This document shows positions 37,701 through 52,700 of a stretch of 64,000 nt of DNA, in pieces. The first letter of the stretch is position 1. Each line of letters starts with the position of its first letter. Source of the DNA: Podarcis liolepis (Eukaryota); NCBI GenBank assembly GCA_965112155.1, contig OZ218100.1; one strand, given 5' to 3'. The notes beneath the pieces are model-generated. The model searched no databases. It was not told the origin of the DNA and worked only from the letters and a program-made list of their open reading frames with translations. The position numbers and the translations under genes are program-made.

Positions 37701-40700
37701 TATTACTTTAAACATGCTAGCTATATTTTGGGGAGTTAATGTGAGTTGAACAAAGGAGGTGCCACTGTGCATTTCCAGACCTGGGCAGTCTGCAGCCCAC
37801 AACTAATTTCCAGGGGCATGGATATGCCACTTCTCCCTTCCCTCTCCAGGTTCAAAAGAGAGGCTAAAACAAGGGCTGTTCAGAACACAAGAAACAGCCC
37901 AGTAAAATCTGATTTATTACTTGTGTGTGTGACAGTCATAAGCTTTGGCCTGTGCCCTTAAATTTCTGCGTGAAATGAACCATCTTACCAGGCCATGGTG
38001 ATCAAAGCTGATCGAAAACAAAGGCATAACCACAAAAGATTGTGAAGCTGCATACAGAAAAACCCACCAGCTATACTTTGCATCTCCGCCAAATATGTAC
38101 TTATCGTCTAAGTTAGCTTTTCTAAGAAATATACACCAAGGCTCGGGTGCAAAGAAAGGCAGTTTGTGTGCCTTGTTTGCCTGGGGCTGGCTGTTCTATT
38201 TAAAAGCTGTTTCATTTAAAAAGGAAGTAGAAAAGCTCTCTCCCACACGTGAGTGCCATTTCTTTACAGTCCAGATATTGGTTGCAATGCTGCACATGCT
38301 TGCAGCGCCACTGAATGATAACCTAAATCTGAACCTAGTTGCAATTAAAAACTTACCGTATTTTTCGTCCTATGGAACACACTTTTTCCCCTCCAAAAAT
38401 GAAGGGGAAATGTGTGTGCGTCCTATGGGGCGAATGCAGGCTTTCGCTGAAGCCTGGAGAGCAAGAGGGGTCGGTGCGCACCAACCCCTCTCACTCTCCA
38501 GGCTTCAGGAGAGCCCCACCGCCAGCCCCACAAGCTCGGGGGACAGCGGGGAGGCGCAGCGCACCTTTCCCGCTGTCCCCGACTTGGTTAGAAGGCTGGC
38601 GGGGGGGAGAAGCCTGCTCCTCCCCGTCGCCAGCCCCGCAAACTCGGGGGACAGCGGGAGGCGCAGCGCGCCTTTCCCGCTGTCCCCCAACTTGGTTAGA
38701 AGGCTGGCGGGGGGGAGAAGCCTGCTCCTCCCCGTCGCCAGCCCCGCAATCTCGGGGGACAGCGGGAGGCGCAGCACTCCTCCAGCCCCGCACCTGGGGG
38801 GGGGAATTTCCCCCCTTTATTCCCCCCCCAAAAAATCTAGATGCGTCCTATGGGCCGGTGCGTCCTATAGGGCGAAAAATACGGTAATCTTATATTCTAA
38901 GTACAAGAGGGCAGGGAACTGTTAATGAGGTTTTGGCTCTGAACTACTTCATTCAGACACTGAAAAGAAGAATACCATTGTGCTGTCTGGTAACTTAGAG
39001 TACAGTCTTTGCCTCTGTGTACTGGTAACATGAGTTGTATTGATGAGGCAGGAAATAATAAATGGAGAAAGTTCTGCAATCATTGGCTAGCTTTTTTAAA
39101 AATGTCCTAACAAAAGCTAAGGAACAATAGAATAAGCTCTCAAATTTGAGACTGCAAGTAAATTCAAAAACAATCTGGTTTAAAGATGAGGATATACAGA
39201 AAAGAAAAAAAGGAAAAACTCAACTGTCTGAGCAGTTCTCATCATTATTTTACAGGGAAGAGAAAGACTTTAAGGGTATTCTTGATGACTCTAGTACTCA
39301 GCTAAACTTTATAGCTGAGTAACAGAGTCATCAACAATACCCTTAAAGTCTTTTTCTTCCCCATAAAATAATGCTGAGAACTGTTCAGACATACACATGT
39401 ACTGCTCAATCAGTTTTGCTAATTAGTAAATTACCAAAAAAATAAGAGTGTTCTCATTAAACCTTACAGGCATTTCACTTTGCAAATGTTTCACTACAAA
39501 CGGCCACAAAAGTTTAGCTTCCAAATTGGGACCATCTGCAATATTGAGATCCTTACCATATGGATATTAAGCTGTTCTCTTGCAGTCTCTGGTAAACCAC
39601 CAACTGGTTTTGATGCCAAAAGCTGACGCTCCGTTTCTGTCAGCCATTGTTGCAGATCTTCAACTTCACCATGGAAACCTTGGGCCTAAGTGATACATCA
39701 CCACAACATTTCAGAACATATTTCAATAACCTAACATGCTACATCAGCTAAGGGGTTGTAAATGTTGAGCCTATGAAATCAGACTTAAGGGGGGGGACTC
39801 TAAACCAGAAATGCTACTAATCCTCTGGAGTAAAAACTGCAAATTGTTGTCCATATAATGAAACAAGGTAAAATGTGAAAAAAAGAAGAAGGAAGGAAGG
39901 AAGGAAGGAAGGAAGGAAGGAAGGAAGGAAGGAAGGAAGGAAAGACCCACAAACATTTCATCACTTGTATGAAACATTTAATGGAGATATATAGATGTGG
40001 GTGTTTGCTAATTATATTTTATATTTCAAATAATTCCAATTGGAAATGCATTTTCTAAAATCATCCATACAGTAAATACGACTGCAAATTTTAATTACAG
40101 TACAGTTAGGCACAGACAGAGAAAAACTGCTGTTCAAATGGGTACTTAAGCACACAAACTCACGCTCAGTGATAGTTATGATCTATAGCTTGATACTTCA
40201 AATTATTGCTAGTTCTCCAAGGGCACAATCCAGCCAAAGTTATCCATTTCTGAGTCCTACAATTTCAATGACAGAAAGCTAACTAACTGGGTTCCCAATT
40301 CTCCTGTGGAAATCAGTAGGACTGTAAAAGAACCTAACACTGGCTGAAATGTGCTCAAATATATTAATTCAATGCAAGTTTATTTCCCTTTTATTCAGTT
40401 TCTCATACACACCTGGATCAAAGCACTGTCCAGCTGCAGCTTCCTCTTTTCTGTTTTTTCCAAGACATTTTGCCACCGCTGATTCAGAAGTTCCAGCTTG
40501 CTTTGCAGATTGCTCGCTTCTTCAACAGCACTTGACTGAATAAGGTCATTTCCTGCTTTCTTAACTGTTTCCACAGTGGACTGGTGAGCCAAGACATCAT
40601 TTTGCAGCACCTGCAGTTACAAACATGTCATGCCTCGCTGTATTTTAAAAACGCTAATTTCACTCAGTTGTACTAAAGTAGCAACATAATAATTTCAGTA

Positions 40701-43700
40701 AAAAAACTTTGCGGGCAGTATTTAAGAATAGAACATACAGGATTTAGAGTCTGCCTAAGGGAATGGGACTATCATTAATAGTTTACAATTATCCCTGACC
40801 TAACAACATTATCTTTACTACCAAAAATAACTACATATTTTAGTGTGCTCTATTTGTAAAAGCAGCTATAACTAAATTTAACCTTTTTTCTTTACTTTCA
40901 TAACTGTTTATACTCTCCTAATAGGAAAGGGTTTCTTACAACATTACTGTAATGGTTGATACAACGGGAATCCAGACATGATAGCATCCCATTAACTTAA
41001 CTAGGAGGCATGGGCATTCACAAGAATTATTTGAGGGAGGGGGGACCTGCTGCATCATGCCAATGGCCCGTCTAGTCCAGCATCCTGTTCTCACAGTGGC
41101 CAATCAAATGCTTCTGGGAAATGCACAAGCAGGACCTGAGCACGAGAACACTCCCAATCTCCTGTGCTTTCCAGCAACTGGTATTCAGAAGCACTGATGA
41201 GTCCAACTGTGCAGGCATATTGTTCATGGTTAGTAGCAATCAACAGCTCTCTTCTCCATGCATTTTTTCTAATCCTATTTTAAAGCCATCTTGGTTGGCA
41301 GCCAACAATGAAGGTGGGGGAGCAGCCTAATTTCTCCCCATGTAGTAGAATACTGTCTGCATATTTCATCTCCTATTGTGCTCCTCCTATTATCCTATTC
41401 ATTATAGAAACCTGCTATTTAAAAAAATGAAAGCTTTGAGTTTGAGGATTATGGTTCAGTCAAGAGAGAGGTGCAACTGCCTGTCCCCATGGATAGCTCC
41501 TCCTATTTAGGACCTCTAAGGATGGCTAAGTGGCCAAAGCATGGGGCATCAAGTGCATCAAGGCTCAAAGTATATGGGTTCAGGGGTGTTATGTAACATT
41601 CTGCTAATTTCTTCATGAAGTTATGCCAAGCTATCCAAATCTTCCTATATGCTGAACCCTGTGAGAATGGACGTTACATCTCAGGGATGGCTGCCAAATC
41701 AATTTTTTAGGGAGTTTGAAGAAAATGGTATTTAAGCCAATGGACGAATAAAGAGAATTTGCCATATGAAAATAGTGGAAATGGATGCTTGTTGCAGGAA
41801 TCATTAAGTGGATGTGTAACATTCAGATTTGGGGTAAGAGAAACGAAATTATATCACCATAATGGTCTTCATAGTGCAGGAAAGGGAAACTTACTGTGTA
41901 TGATGTGATTTAGTGAAGTGAGAACTATGTTTGAATATACTCTCACTTCTGTGTTACAATTCAAACATGGAAAAAGATTTATTATTCATTGTTTTAAATA
42001 AATGTCCATCAATTCGAAAAAGTCAAACTTTTATTACAGAAACAGGTGCCACTTTTTCTCCCCTCCACTCTTTTAGGACAATGGCAACTGCTTGCCAAGT
42101 TCCTGAATTTTTTGATGATCAAAGAGGAAGTACTCTCTAGCATGGAAGACTTAAATGAGCAGGAAGTACCTAAGAGTGAGTGTTTGCTGAACCCTTTCTG
42201 TACCTGCAATTCATTTATTAAGCCACGACAGGTATGTGATGCTTTGCCAAGAATACGTTTTTTTTAACCAATGAGATGTTCTGAACCATCCATGACTGGG
42301 AAACGTAAAAAAGGGAGGAAACAGCAATATCTATATGTTAGCAATTATGTTTTGTAATACAAATTTATCTTTGGGCTTGCATCCTTTGAAATCATGATTT
42401 GGTGATGTACGAAAATGCTCTTTGCAAATGTTGCCATAAAAAGGATCTAGATATATCTAAAGCAGTTAATCTCAGAATTATCAGTTACGTACATGATGTT
42501 TGGCCAGCTCAATTTCAATAGCCTTGGGGTCACCACCCACAGGTTTCTGTTCATTCAGCAGGTCCTCTGTATGGGTGAGCCATGCGAGCAACTCATCCAG
42601 GGCATGTTGGAACTGCCCCAAAGCCAACAAAGCGCCTTCCAGCTTATGCTGTAAAAAAAAGGGGGGGAATGGATGGAATTATTACTTTATGTTAAGGCCA
42701 CAAGTGATTTAAAATGTCCTTAGTTGCATCAAGCCTCAAATGAATGATTGCAATAAGGCAAGAGTGGTCAGCGAGGAGGTGCGTCACTATACACCTGGCC
42801 TCCTGGCAGTGGAGCTGCTTCCAACTATTGAGAGGTGAGGCAGCCAGCAGCTGCACAACACTGTGCAGGTTGAACAGCAGAGCCTATCTAGCACTCCCAC
42901 CAACATGTCCACCCAACACTCAACCTCCCCACCACCTTCTCCTGCACCCTGCTGGTGAGCAGCAGCAAATCCACTGCCAGGATGCCAGAGGCAAAGCGCC
43001 GCCCCGCCCCCTTGTCACCAACTGCTCCTGGAGTAAGAGATGCCATCCCAATTTTATGTAATGTGCTTGAATGCAGCAACATTATCTGAAAACAATTCTA
43101 GACAGGGGACACAAAGTTAAAAGTTCTTTTGCAATTATTTATTTTTAGAAATCCATCCCTGTAATATAAAAGGCATCATTTTATCATCCAAGGAACTTGG
43201 ATAGTTAGTCAAAGAGACAGAGTTGCTCAACACCAACCAGTGAGCTTTGTGTTTGGGTCAGAATTTGAAAATGGAGCTCCACCACCAGTCTCTCCCCATG
43301 TACCTCATATGTCTGATTTAATATTGTGGTGCAGCAACTTACAATAAACCACTGACCCTAAACACACTGGAATATGTCCTCCTGCCATCTGCTTGGGGCA
43401 GGACTAGAATATTTTTTGCTAATGCACTTTGGTGAACCCATAGAAATAAATAAAAATAACTACAGTGTACAGCTTCTAGCTTCATAGCTACAACAACAAC
43501 AGCCAGATTTGCAGGAAACATCTGCTGCCCGGAAGCTTATTGGAAACTGCTCCATGTGGCAGCTGTCTCGTTAGGTCAAATTGCTCTTCTGTAGTGGCTC
43601 AATTTGTGGATCGGAAGATTTTGACCATGCTACCCTAAAATATAGCCCAATTTAAAGTTTGCATTGCATTTCCATACCAGTGCAGAAAATCCCCTAAGCT

Positions 43701-46700
43701 CAGGGTTTCCAAACCCCTTTCCCTCCCATGACCACTAAAAAATGTTGATGGCCTTGGTGGGCCATTCCATGATTTTTCTGTCTGTTATAGCAACTGTAAT
43801 GTAACGTGCTAGATGCTGTATGATTTTAAGTGATATTTTTATTGCTTTTGTATTTCATAGAACTGTAGAGGTGGAAGGGACCCTGAGGGTCATCTAGTCC
43901 AACCTCCTGCAAATCAGGAATCTCAGCTAAAGCATCCATGACAGAGGGCCATCCAACCTACTTAAAAACCTCCAAGGAAGGAGAGTCCACCACCTTCTGA
44001 GGGAGTCCGTTTCACTGTCGAACAGCTCTTACTGTCAGAAAGTTATTTCCAATGTATTGTATTTTGCTGTATTACAATTTGCATTCCAATCAATTCAAAT
44101 TGTACTACACTAAAAATACAATGCAATATGTTAACTGAAAATAATAAATAAAAAACTGTTAAAAAGTAATATGAGTATTTGATGCCGACCTGGTATGGAC
44201 TACCTGAATGAAAGGCCACAGTTTTGAGAACTTCTTCCCTAGCTCATGCAATAAACTTTGACACACAAGTGAGTTTCCACGTAGAAACTGTTGCTATTGA
44301 AATTTCAGAGCACGAGTGCCAGAGAACATGCATTTCATGGCAACATAAGGCAGAATATTACCCTTTCAGTTTCCATTTACCTGGCGGCTAACAATTTTAT
44401 CCTCCAGACTTTCCCACAACAGCTTAAGTTCAGACAAGGGGTCTTGTACGGTGTGCTTATCACTCTCCTCTGTCACCTTCTTCAACAACAGCTCTGCTTG
44501 GTGGTTCAGCCGTTCCATTTCAATCTGCTGCTGATAGGCTTCTTTCTTAAATTGCTGTGGAAACCAAAGAAGACAATAGTCAACAATGAATATCACCCAG
44601 AGAAGAGTGCTTAGTAGGATGCTCTGTCCTTACTTCAAAATTGCCAAATAGGTCACACCGGATATTTCTGCCCCTGGATTTCCAACAACTAAGGCATGTG
44701 TTTTCTCCAAATGAGCACAGAAGGCACGCTTCACTCTTGCACCAGAAAAGAAAATGCATCCAGCATGCAAAAGCAGGAACTTTTAAAACAAATTTAAAAA
44801 TCAGTTTGTGTGTGTGCGCACGTGCATGCAGTAGCAGCTGTTTCACCTGAGTGTTTGTTTCCTGTCTTCCCAATGCCATCCATTCCTGCTGCTTACCAAG
44901 AGGGACAGTAGCAGAGCCAAGGCAACAGGTGTGGGTACAGCAGTGGGAGCATGAGACTGGGTCCACGACTGCTCCTGCGCCATGTCGAGCTCTTGTTGCA
45001 TTCACCCTACCTACCCCTCTTGGTAAGCAGCATGGCATTGGAAAGAGAGGTGAGAAACATAGCTTGTTGGCTGCGACAATGCACACGCACAGAGAGATAT
45101 TAATGTCTGCATTCATTGAGGGTTAGAATATAGCTTTACCTGTACAATGAGATTTTGTGGCTCTCTCTTGTCCGTTGTTAGATTTACCTGACTGTTGACC
45201 CAGTCTGCTCTGACATTAGTGTTGTTTTCTACAATTTTTGGTGGTTTTATTTCATGTTTTATTGGATTTATACTTTAAATTCTTTTAATTGTTTGACACT
45301 CATGTGGTTATGGAGTAACTAATCAATGTAATAAATAAATTAGCTGAATCCAGAAGCGTCTACCCCTTGTATTTTTACATGAGTCACAGTTCTGGGCATG
45401 CCTTTTGTTAACATCATTACATTTCTGAATTAGATGTAATTATAAATAAATGCAGAGATGTGGAAGAAAGACACTTCAGCAACCAATCACCAATGTGAGA
45501 ATGTGCTCGAGGCTTTAGTGACATTAGTTTCCCCACCAACTGCATGACTTATGGGACACACAGAATTTCTGTTGCTGGAGGAATGTTGCTAGCCTTAGAG
45601 GAAATGGCAACAGCCGTTCCAGGGGTCATATCCCGGTTTCCAAATGCACACAGCAGCATGGAGCTCAAGGCAGATAGCCATGTGGACATGTCCATAATAC
45701 ATCCTTATTCAAAATATCCCTACAATGTTTGCAAAAAGCATGGAGGAAGAAAAACCACCCAACGGAGAATTTTTTTCATCTGATATTAATTTTGGTTGTG
45801 AAAAAGACAAACTCTATATCATGAGTTTTGAATGTCAGTGGTTGATGTTAACAAATGCTTTCTCTTTTGTCAAAAGGCATTTCTTCAGAGCTTTAAAAAC
45901 ATGCTTATTGAGAAGGCTGTTAAACCTGTTAAGTACAGGGACCCACAGACCAAGAACAGCTATGCAAAACCAGATGAGCCAGACAGAGAAGAGGAAGGGA
46001 ATCCTTTGCACACCCGAAGCTTGTTGAAGATCCAAGGCAGAAGGATTCATCAATAACTTCTTTCTGCCCTCAGCACACTCTGCAAGTCATTGGGCGGCCA
46101 GCCAACACTCTCTGAAGCCTCCCTGCTGTGACCCATTCACAAAATCCTATTCCCTATCCAGACTAACATCTTTTACCAAAGATACACACTGATTCAATAA
46201 GAGAGAAGTGAGAAATGTAGAAGGGCTTCCCCCTCACCCCTGTTACTGTATACCCATGGGTCAAGGTGATGCATCACTATCACCACTCTGCCCTGTTTTG
46301 ATGATCTCTTAATCCCCGCTTTCATTTTTAGAAGTAATTTCTTAACCCTAATTTTCAATCTCCAACCCTTGCTGAGAGACAGGGCTTAAATATTGGCTGT
46401 TAAATTTCCTGTTTAATTTCCCAACATATTGAAGCCCTGCTTTGCACATACAATAACAGGGCTGGAGTGGATTCATCCAGTCTAATCCTGTGCCCTAAAA
46501 CAGGATATCCTATACCATCTCTGCTTCCTGTGCAAAGCACACAGCAGCATCCAGGTATTATGAAAAGAATGAGTCATATTTCCATTCCAAATATTGCTTT
46601 TAGAGTTGGCTGGGGATTTTGCTTTATAGTCCAGTGGGCTGCGGTGGAAATGAAGAGATCTATGAATGTTTAGGACTAATCCATGGTATGAAGAATGACA

Positions 46701-49700
46701 GGCTTTGCAGGAACTTGTGCACATTCTAAAAGGGAAGCTGGGTGTCATAAAAGTAATTGATGCAGTGATGAAAAAATAACTGCTCTTGAAAAAAATCCAC
46801 AATTAACTCGGAGAGGAAACTGATGTCATATTACTTTCAGACTCAGAAAGGCTGTAGATTTTTAAACAACATGCCCATATGAAAATAATTTACTTTTTGT
46901 TACAGACTGAATGCAAAGTGATTTGGAACACTAACACTAACAGAAATATGTACATTCATAAGAAGTTACTGTTTCATACCTTCATTTCTTCTGTCTGTTG
47001 TTTTACTGTTTCTAGGTCTGTTCCAACTGGTGACATCGCAGCTAATTTACTACCAGCGATATCCACCCAGTCAAATAGGGCCTGTAAACATATTGAATAA
47101 GAAAATCAGGTAAAATAGTAGTCTAAGTAATGCTATAGCATAGCCTCATAGTAGGTGCAACATAATAATAACTGATCTGTGAATGCCACTAAGCACTGTA
47201 AATTTGCTACTGAATAAAATTGTAAGTATTACAGGCAACAAGTGTTTCATGCTTGTCCAGTATGTGCATATCTGTGAACATGCGCATCACCACAACCTGG
47301 AAATGGTCTGAAGGGGGGGGGGCAGAGGCATAATGGGGCAGAATGGGCTTATGCACACTCCACTGATGTGCATGGCAGTCAGGAACATAACTCCCCCCCC
47401 CAAAAAAAAAAAAACAGTTGTTGCCTGTTCAAAGAATTTAGAATTTTCTGCTGGGTTTTTCCACTGTGACAACTTTTTGTGCACTTCTCCATTTCTGAAT
47501 ATAAGAGTTGTCAAACATTTTTATCCCTAGAAAACCTACAATTGGGGCATCGATGGAGAATCTTGTGGTGTCTTAAGAACTAACCAAATTATTGCCACGT
47601 ATTTGTTGCAATCCTGTAATACCTACCTGCGAATAAGTTTCATTGGGTCATGCCTAGAATTGAACTGTTAGTCTTTAAAGTGCCACAAATCTCTTTGTTG
47701 TTTTTGAGATAACAGATATTGTGATCTGGCTATCCTTCTGGAATGTATGAGTCAAATCATTTATTAAAATTCTCAAGATATCTGAAGGTCTTTAGAGGAA
47801 GCTCAGAGGATGATATTCACTCTCCCGGTGCCATATCTATGACTCAAGATGGGTAAAAATGCAGCAGAGGGAGCCAGATTTTCATAACATTCAAGGACAT
47901 TTCATAACATTGGATAGCAAAGGCCACTTCACTCCCCATTAATGAGGTGTGAACTACTACCGGGGATCATACATCAGCTATGCCTGAGCAGTTGTGTTCA
48001 CACTTCACCTCCAACTTGGCAGCAGGTATTCCATTTAAGAGCATGCATACATGTGCATGTCAATATATCAAAGAGCACCTCTCCCACCCCAATAAAATCT
48101 AGGAACTAGCCTGCTTAGTTCCATTTGGTGGGAAAGATCCACATCTTTTTGGAGTGTGCACTGCTTCTTCAAGTGTCTTCCAGACATAATGTCATACTGG
48201 AGACAATGCAGGATAAAGACTAAGAAACTGGTGGCTTTTAGGTTAGGAATTAAAGCCAAGTAATGAAAGCTGAAATATAGAAATAAGCACGTTGCTGGGA
48301 CCCTCTGGTCAAAGATAGTCTTTTTTAAAAAAACAAAAAACAAAGTCTAAAAAGTAATTGGGCATAATGTTACGGTGTTGTCCTGCCTCTTAACATTTTA
48401 CCATGGTCCAACGTGCAATGCAGTTTCTAATGCAGAGATGGGGAACCCTTTTTCCAGACTGTAGTTCACAATAGTGAGCAAGCCCAGAGGCAAAGTGGGT
48501 AAGGCAACTAATCTACAGTTTACCTTCATATAGCAAGCTTGATTCTACACACACTTACACACTCCACTCCATACTCTCATCCAGGATACTAAGAGGCACT
48601 ATCAGAGTTCAAGAACACAATCCAGCCAGGCATAAAAACACTCAAAGTGGGTATAAAGTAAGGTTGACTGTGACCTGGGGTGAATGCAAAGGGCCAGGCA
48701 GAGAGGGCTGAAGGGCTGCTTTGGTCTCCCCCGCCCAGGCATGAGGGTCCTCATCCTTGTTCCAACAGGTAGTTAGTTATTCTATATTTACAAGCAATGC
48801 ATGTGATCCAAAGCAGTGAAATGGGAACCTCATTTACAATTTACAAATGATCCAAAGATCTGCTGAGCAGATAAAATTTAGCAAGGCCAGTGATGAAATA
48901 TGATAATTTTGGAATATGTGGGATGTTGCTCACTGAATAGAATCAAATCACCATCAGATAAGTTATGGATGGCAACATGAGAACAGGCCTTCTCTGCAGT
49001 GGCACCCCGTCTGTGGAATGCTCGCCCCAGGAAGGTTTGCTTGGCGCCTTCATTATACACATTTTAGGTGCCAGGCGGAAATGTTCCTTTTTAATCAGGC
49101 CTTTGGTTGATTTGATTAACATCCTATGCCCTTTTAAAATGTGGTTCTTTGGGGGGGGGTTTATTGGGTTGTTGTTTTTATTTTGATTATATATTTTGTG
49201 GTTTTATATTTTGACTTTGTTCTGTGAACTGCCCTGAGATCCAGAGGTATGGGGCGGTACATAAATTCTAACAACAACAAATCAATAGGAATATGTTCAG
49301 ATTAAAACCTGGTTATAGGATCGGTAACAATCACATAGGTAAATGCTATAAAATTGACCTTCAAACCTTGTGATATGGAAAAGCTATCTTTATTGAAATA
49401 AGCAATTAGCAATCTTTCTAGAATTGATCTGTTGATCAAAAACTGACATATACATATTGTACAGTGGTGAGGAAAAAAAGAGATGTTAACATTTTAGATA
49501 AACTACTTTTAACATTTCTGTTCCTAGCACTGTTTAACCACTTTTCTTTTAAAAAATGCGCTTGAAAAATCATCAGCTAATTTTAGCCCTCCTATTACAC
49601 ACCCAGTGTACCTGAACTATAACCTGAACCTTATCAATAGATGGTTAGGAAGCTAGCAGCCATAAAATGTGAAGATATTCAATTATAGACATGCTTCTAT

Positions 49701-52700
49701 TGGAGACAAATTTCATGTCAACTACCATGACATATCAGCAAATTAAAATGTATAGAATCTACCAAGTGAATCTTTTGTCCAAACTACAAAGGACCTTGCC
49801 AAAAAAAGCTTAGCCCCCCCCCCTTTGGTTTGAATGTCACCATCTCACGTTTTGTCTGAGCTAAATGTATCGCAATGACCAAACTCTTTCAGCGGAGGTT
49901 CTCTTGATCTACTGATGCATCCTCATTTTACTGGCATATAGGTCTTGAACAGATGCAACAAAAAGTTATGGTTTTTCATTATGTGAATGACCAGCAGCAA
50001 GTCTCAGGATCATGTGCTCCTCATCTCCTTTCCCCCACTTCAAACGTGAAGTGGTAGAAATGTGAAGCTTTCATTATCGGTTTGTAACAAACCATGATTT
50101 CCTGTTCCATCAAAAACTGAGAATGTGAGGCATCCAAACCAGCATTTGATAATTTGCACTAACCCATTTGTTACAAACTACAACTAAAGCTTTACATTTG
50201 TTCCTCCAATGCATAAAGGGGAGGGAAATGGAAGAGGGGAAAACATGTGAATTTGATGATTGCCCTGGTTTGTACATGTAACAGCAAACCAAGGTTTGTC
50301 TCTACATCTGAACTAGTCACAAGGAAAAATACCTATGCATAGGTCAGTATCGTGCCCATATGATTTTCCTTCTACAGCAGCTCAGGGTGGAAAGAAAAAA
50401 GGGGAGGGGGTTTAATTTTAAAAATGCCCCCTGTGCTGTGGTTCTCTCTCTCTCTCTCTCACACACACACACTCTTTTAGGAGAAGAATAATATGCTAGG
50501 AGATCCAATCACACATCTCCAATGTAGCACATTGCATGACCCATAACATGCATTTAACTTTGGATGGTTCATGCTCTAATATACATATTTATTTATTGTT
50601 CATTTAGAAATTTAGCTGCCCCACCCTGTGTTTTAGGGCAGAGATGGAGAACCTGGGGCCCTCCAGGTGTTGCTGGGACTACAGTTCTCATAATCCTTGA
50701 GTGTTGGCTGTGTGGGTTGGCACTGATGAGAACTGAAGTTCAACAACGTCTGGAGGACCACAGGTTCCCCCAACCTCTTGTTTTAGGGGAATGCAACACT
50801 ATTATAAAATCAGGATCAGTAAAACCAACAGAATATCCACTAACATCAAATTAAAATACCCAATTCCACCGAAAGCCAGCCCGAACAACCAGGTTGTCTT
50901 GTGTTGCCAGAAAGAAGAACATAGGCTTGCATTTTGCCTGAGAATTCCTCATCATACAAACTTGGTATAGTAATAGAAAAATTTGGGGTGCTGTTACCAA
51001 GCAAATTCAAAAGTTGACGATCTAAGAACTTGCAGGAGGATGAAGGTGAGGTCACAATAGTGTACAACCATTAGGTGCTTTATAGGTTAAATGAAAACCA
51101 ACATTTTCAATTGTTCTGAACCAACAATTCGGAATCATATCAGGGGTCTCTGGCTGATTAAAAAGGTTACTCTTAAAAAAGAAAAAAGAAAAAAATAATA
51201 TTAGATAATGCTTGTAAATTTTAAAGATTAAAATAACCTTACCTGCAATCCATCTTGATACTGAACAGCCGCTTGCATTGCTTCCTCAAGCTTGTCAACA
51301 CGTTCTTTCCATGCTTTATTTAAAGCATCCCAAGCAGAATTTAGCTGCATTTTAAATGGAGATTCAGTTGAATAAAAAACTGGAAGGCAATGTCTATAAC
51401 CTATATATTAAAACTTAGGATTGACATTAGATTAAGGTTTCTCTATCTGCAATATAAAAATTATGCAAGAGCTTCCCTAATATTATAATAAGAGCAAGGA
51501 ACATTGCTAAATCTAGGTGGATATGTCTCTATCAAGGACCAGGATCCCCTCCACCCAAGTTTTTGGTGGCTTATTACCCTACCATAGTTAAATATGTGGA
51601 TGATTCCACTTATCAGTGCAAATTAAACTATGAGCTTCATAGGTTTATTTCAGTTCTGCAAAGTGCCTTGAAAGTTTCAAAATCAAACCAGAAGCCAGTG
51701 TGGTGAATTTTACTTTTGACTCCCCAAAGAACCCTGTTTGTTTGCCAAGTATTTAAATTAGGCACCATACATCAATTTAAAAAAGGAAACACCTTTCTAT
51801 CCATTTCATATGGACATAAAATGCCAAACAATTACATAACTCATACCTCATCTATGCTCTTGTTGACTAATGGTTTGTCAGGTTCTCCACATGCTGCTAT
51901 CAGCTCAGAGCCAAGGCTTACCACTACATCTAAGTCTTCTTGTAACCCATCTATCTCTTCTTTAATAGTCTAAAAAAGAGAAACAAAATGTTAGACTTTC
52001 CATAATATTAAATTTATTATTTAAGATTCGTTCAGAGTGGCAAACATTATTTGCTATCCATGAGTGTTTAACTAGCATAGCATAACACCATGCTGACCTT
52101 AAATTTTAAAAATATATTGATTTATAAAGAAGACGACAACATGAAGGAGGGAGTTTAAGACTAGGTTTTTCTTCACCCATTGGGCAGATGGCTGTTGTGG
52201 CAGGGGTTTAACAATTCCTCTGTATCCAGAACATTACAGGGACCGACATGTCCACCTGCTTAGAAAAACAGCTTTCAAATTCAATAAGCTAACATTGTAG
52301 CCATACAGTGTGGGAAAATTACACCATAATGCTAAGAAAATAAGGTGAATACTAGCCTCCTTTTAAACAAATTAGTAGGTCTGGCTTCTGAATATTATCA
52401 AATAAAAATGCAATGTCTCAATGTCACATGGTCCCAGGCTGCTATTATTTTCCTGTAATGAATGTTTATGACTTTTGTGAATAAAGGTTGGAAACCAGAG
52501 CTGTTTTAGGCATGTCCTATGGCAGTGAGATTATTTTATTCCCTGTCTTCCACTTTATCCCACACACATCCTACCACAGCAAATCACAAACGGCTTAGGA
52601 AAGTCCTCTCACTTCAACAGGCAATACTGGGAAGGGGAGTGCCTATCAGAAACATAAACCAAAAGACCAAACTTGTGCAGTCATTTGAACAGCAAGTTGG

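Noticed and set aside
38095-38925. 276-aa ORF (and overlapping 182, 100 and 90-aa ORFs), the longest in the track
   Set aside because: Arises from a GC-rich 108-bp repeat inside a MITE; repetitive low-complexity peptide, no transposase motifs.
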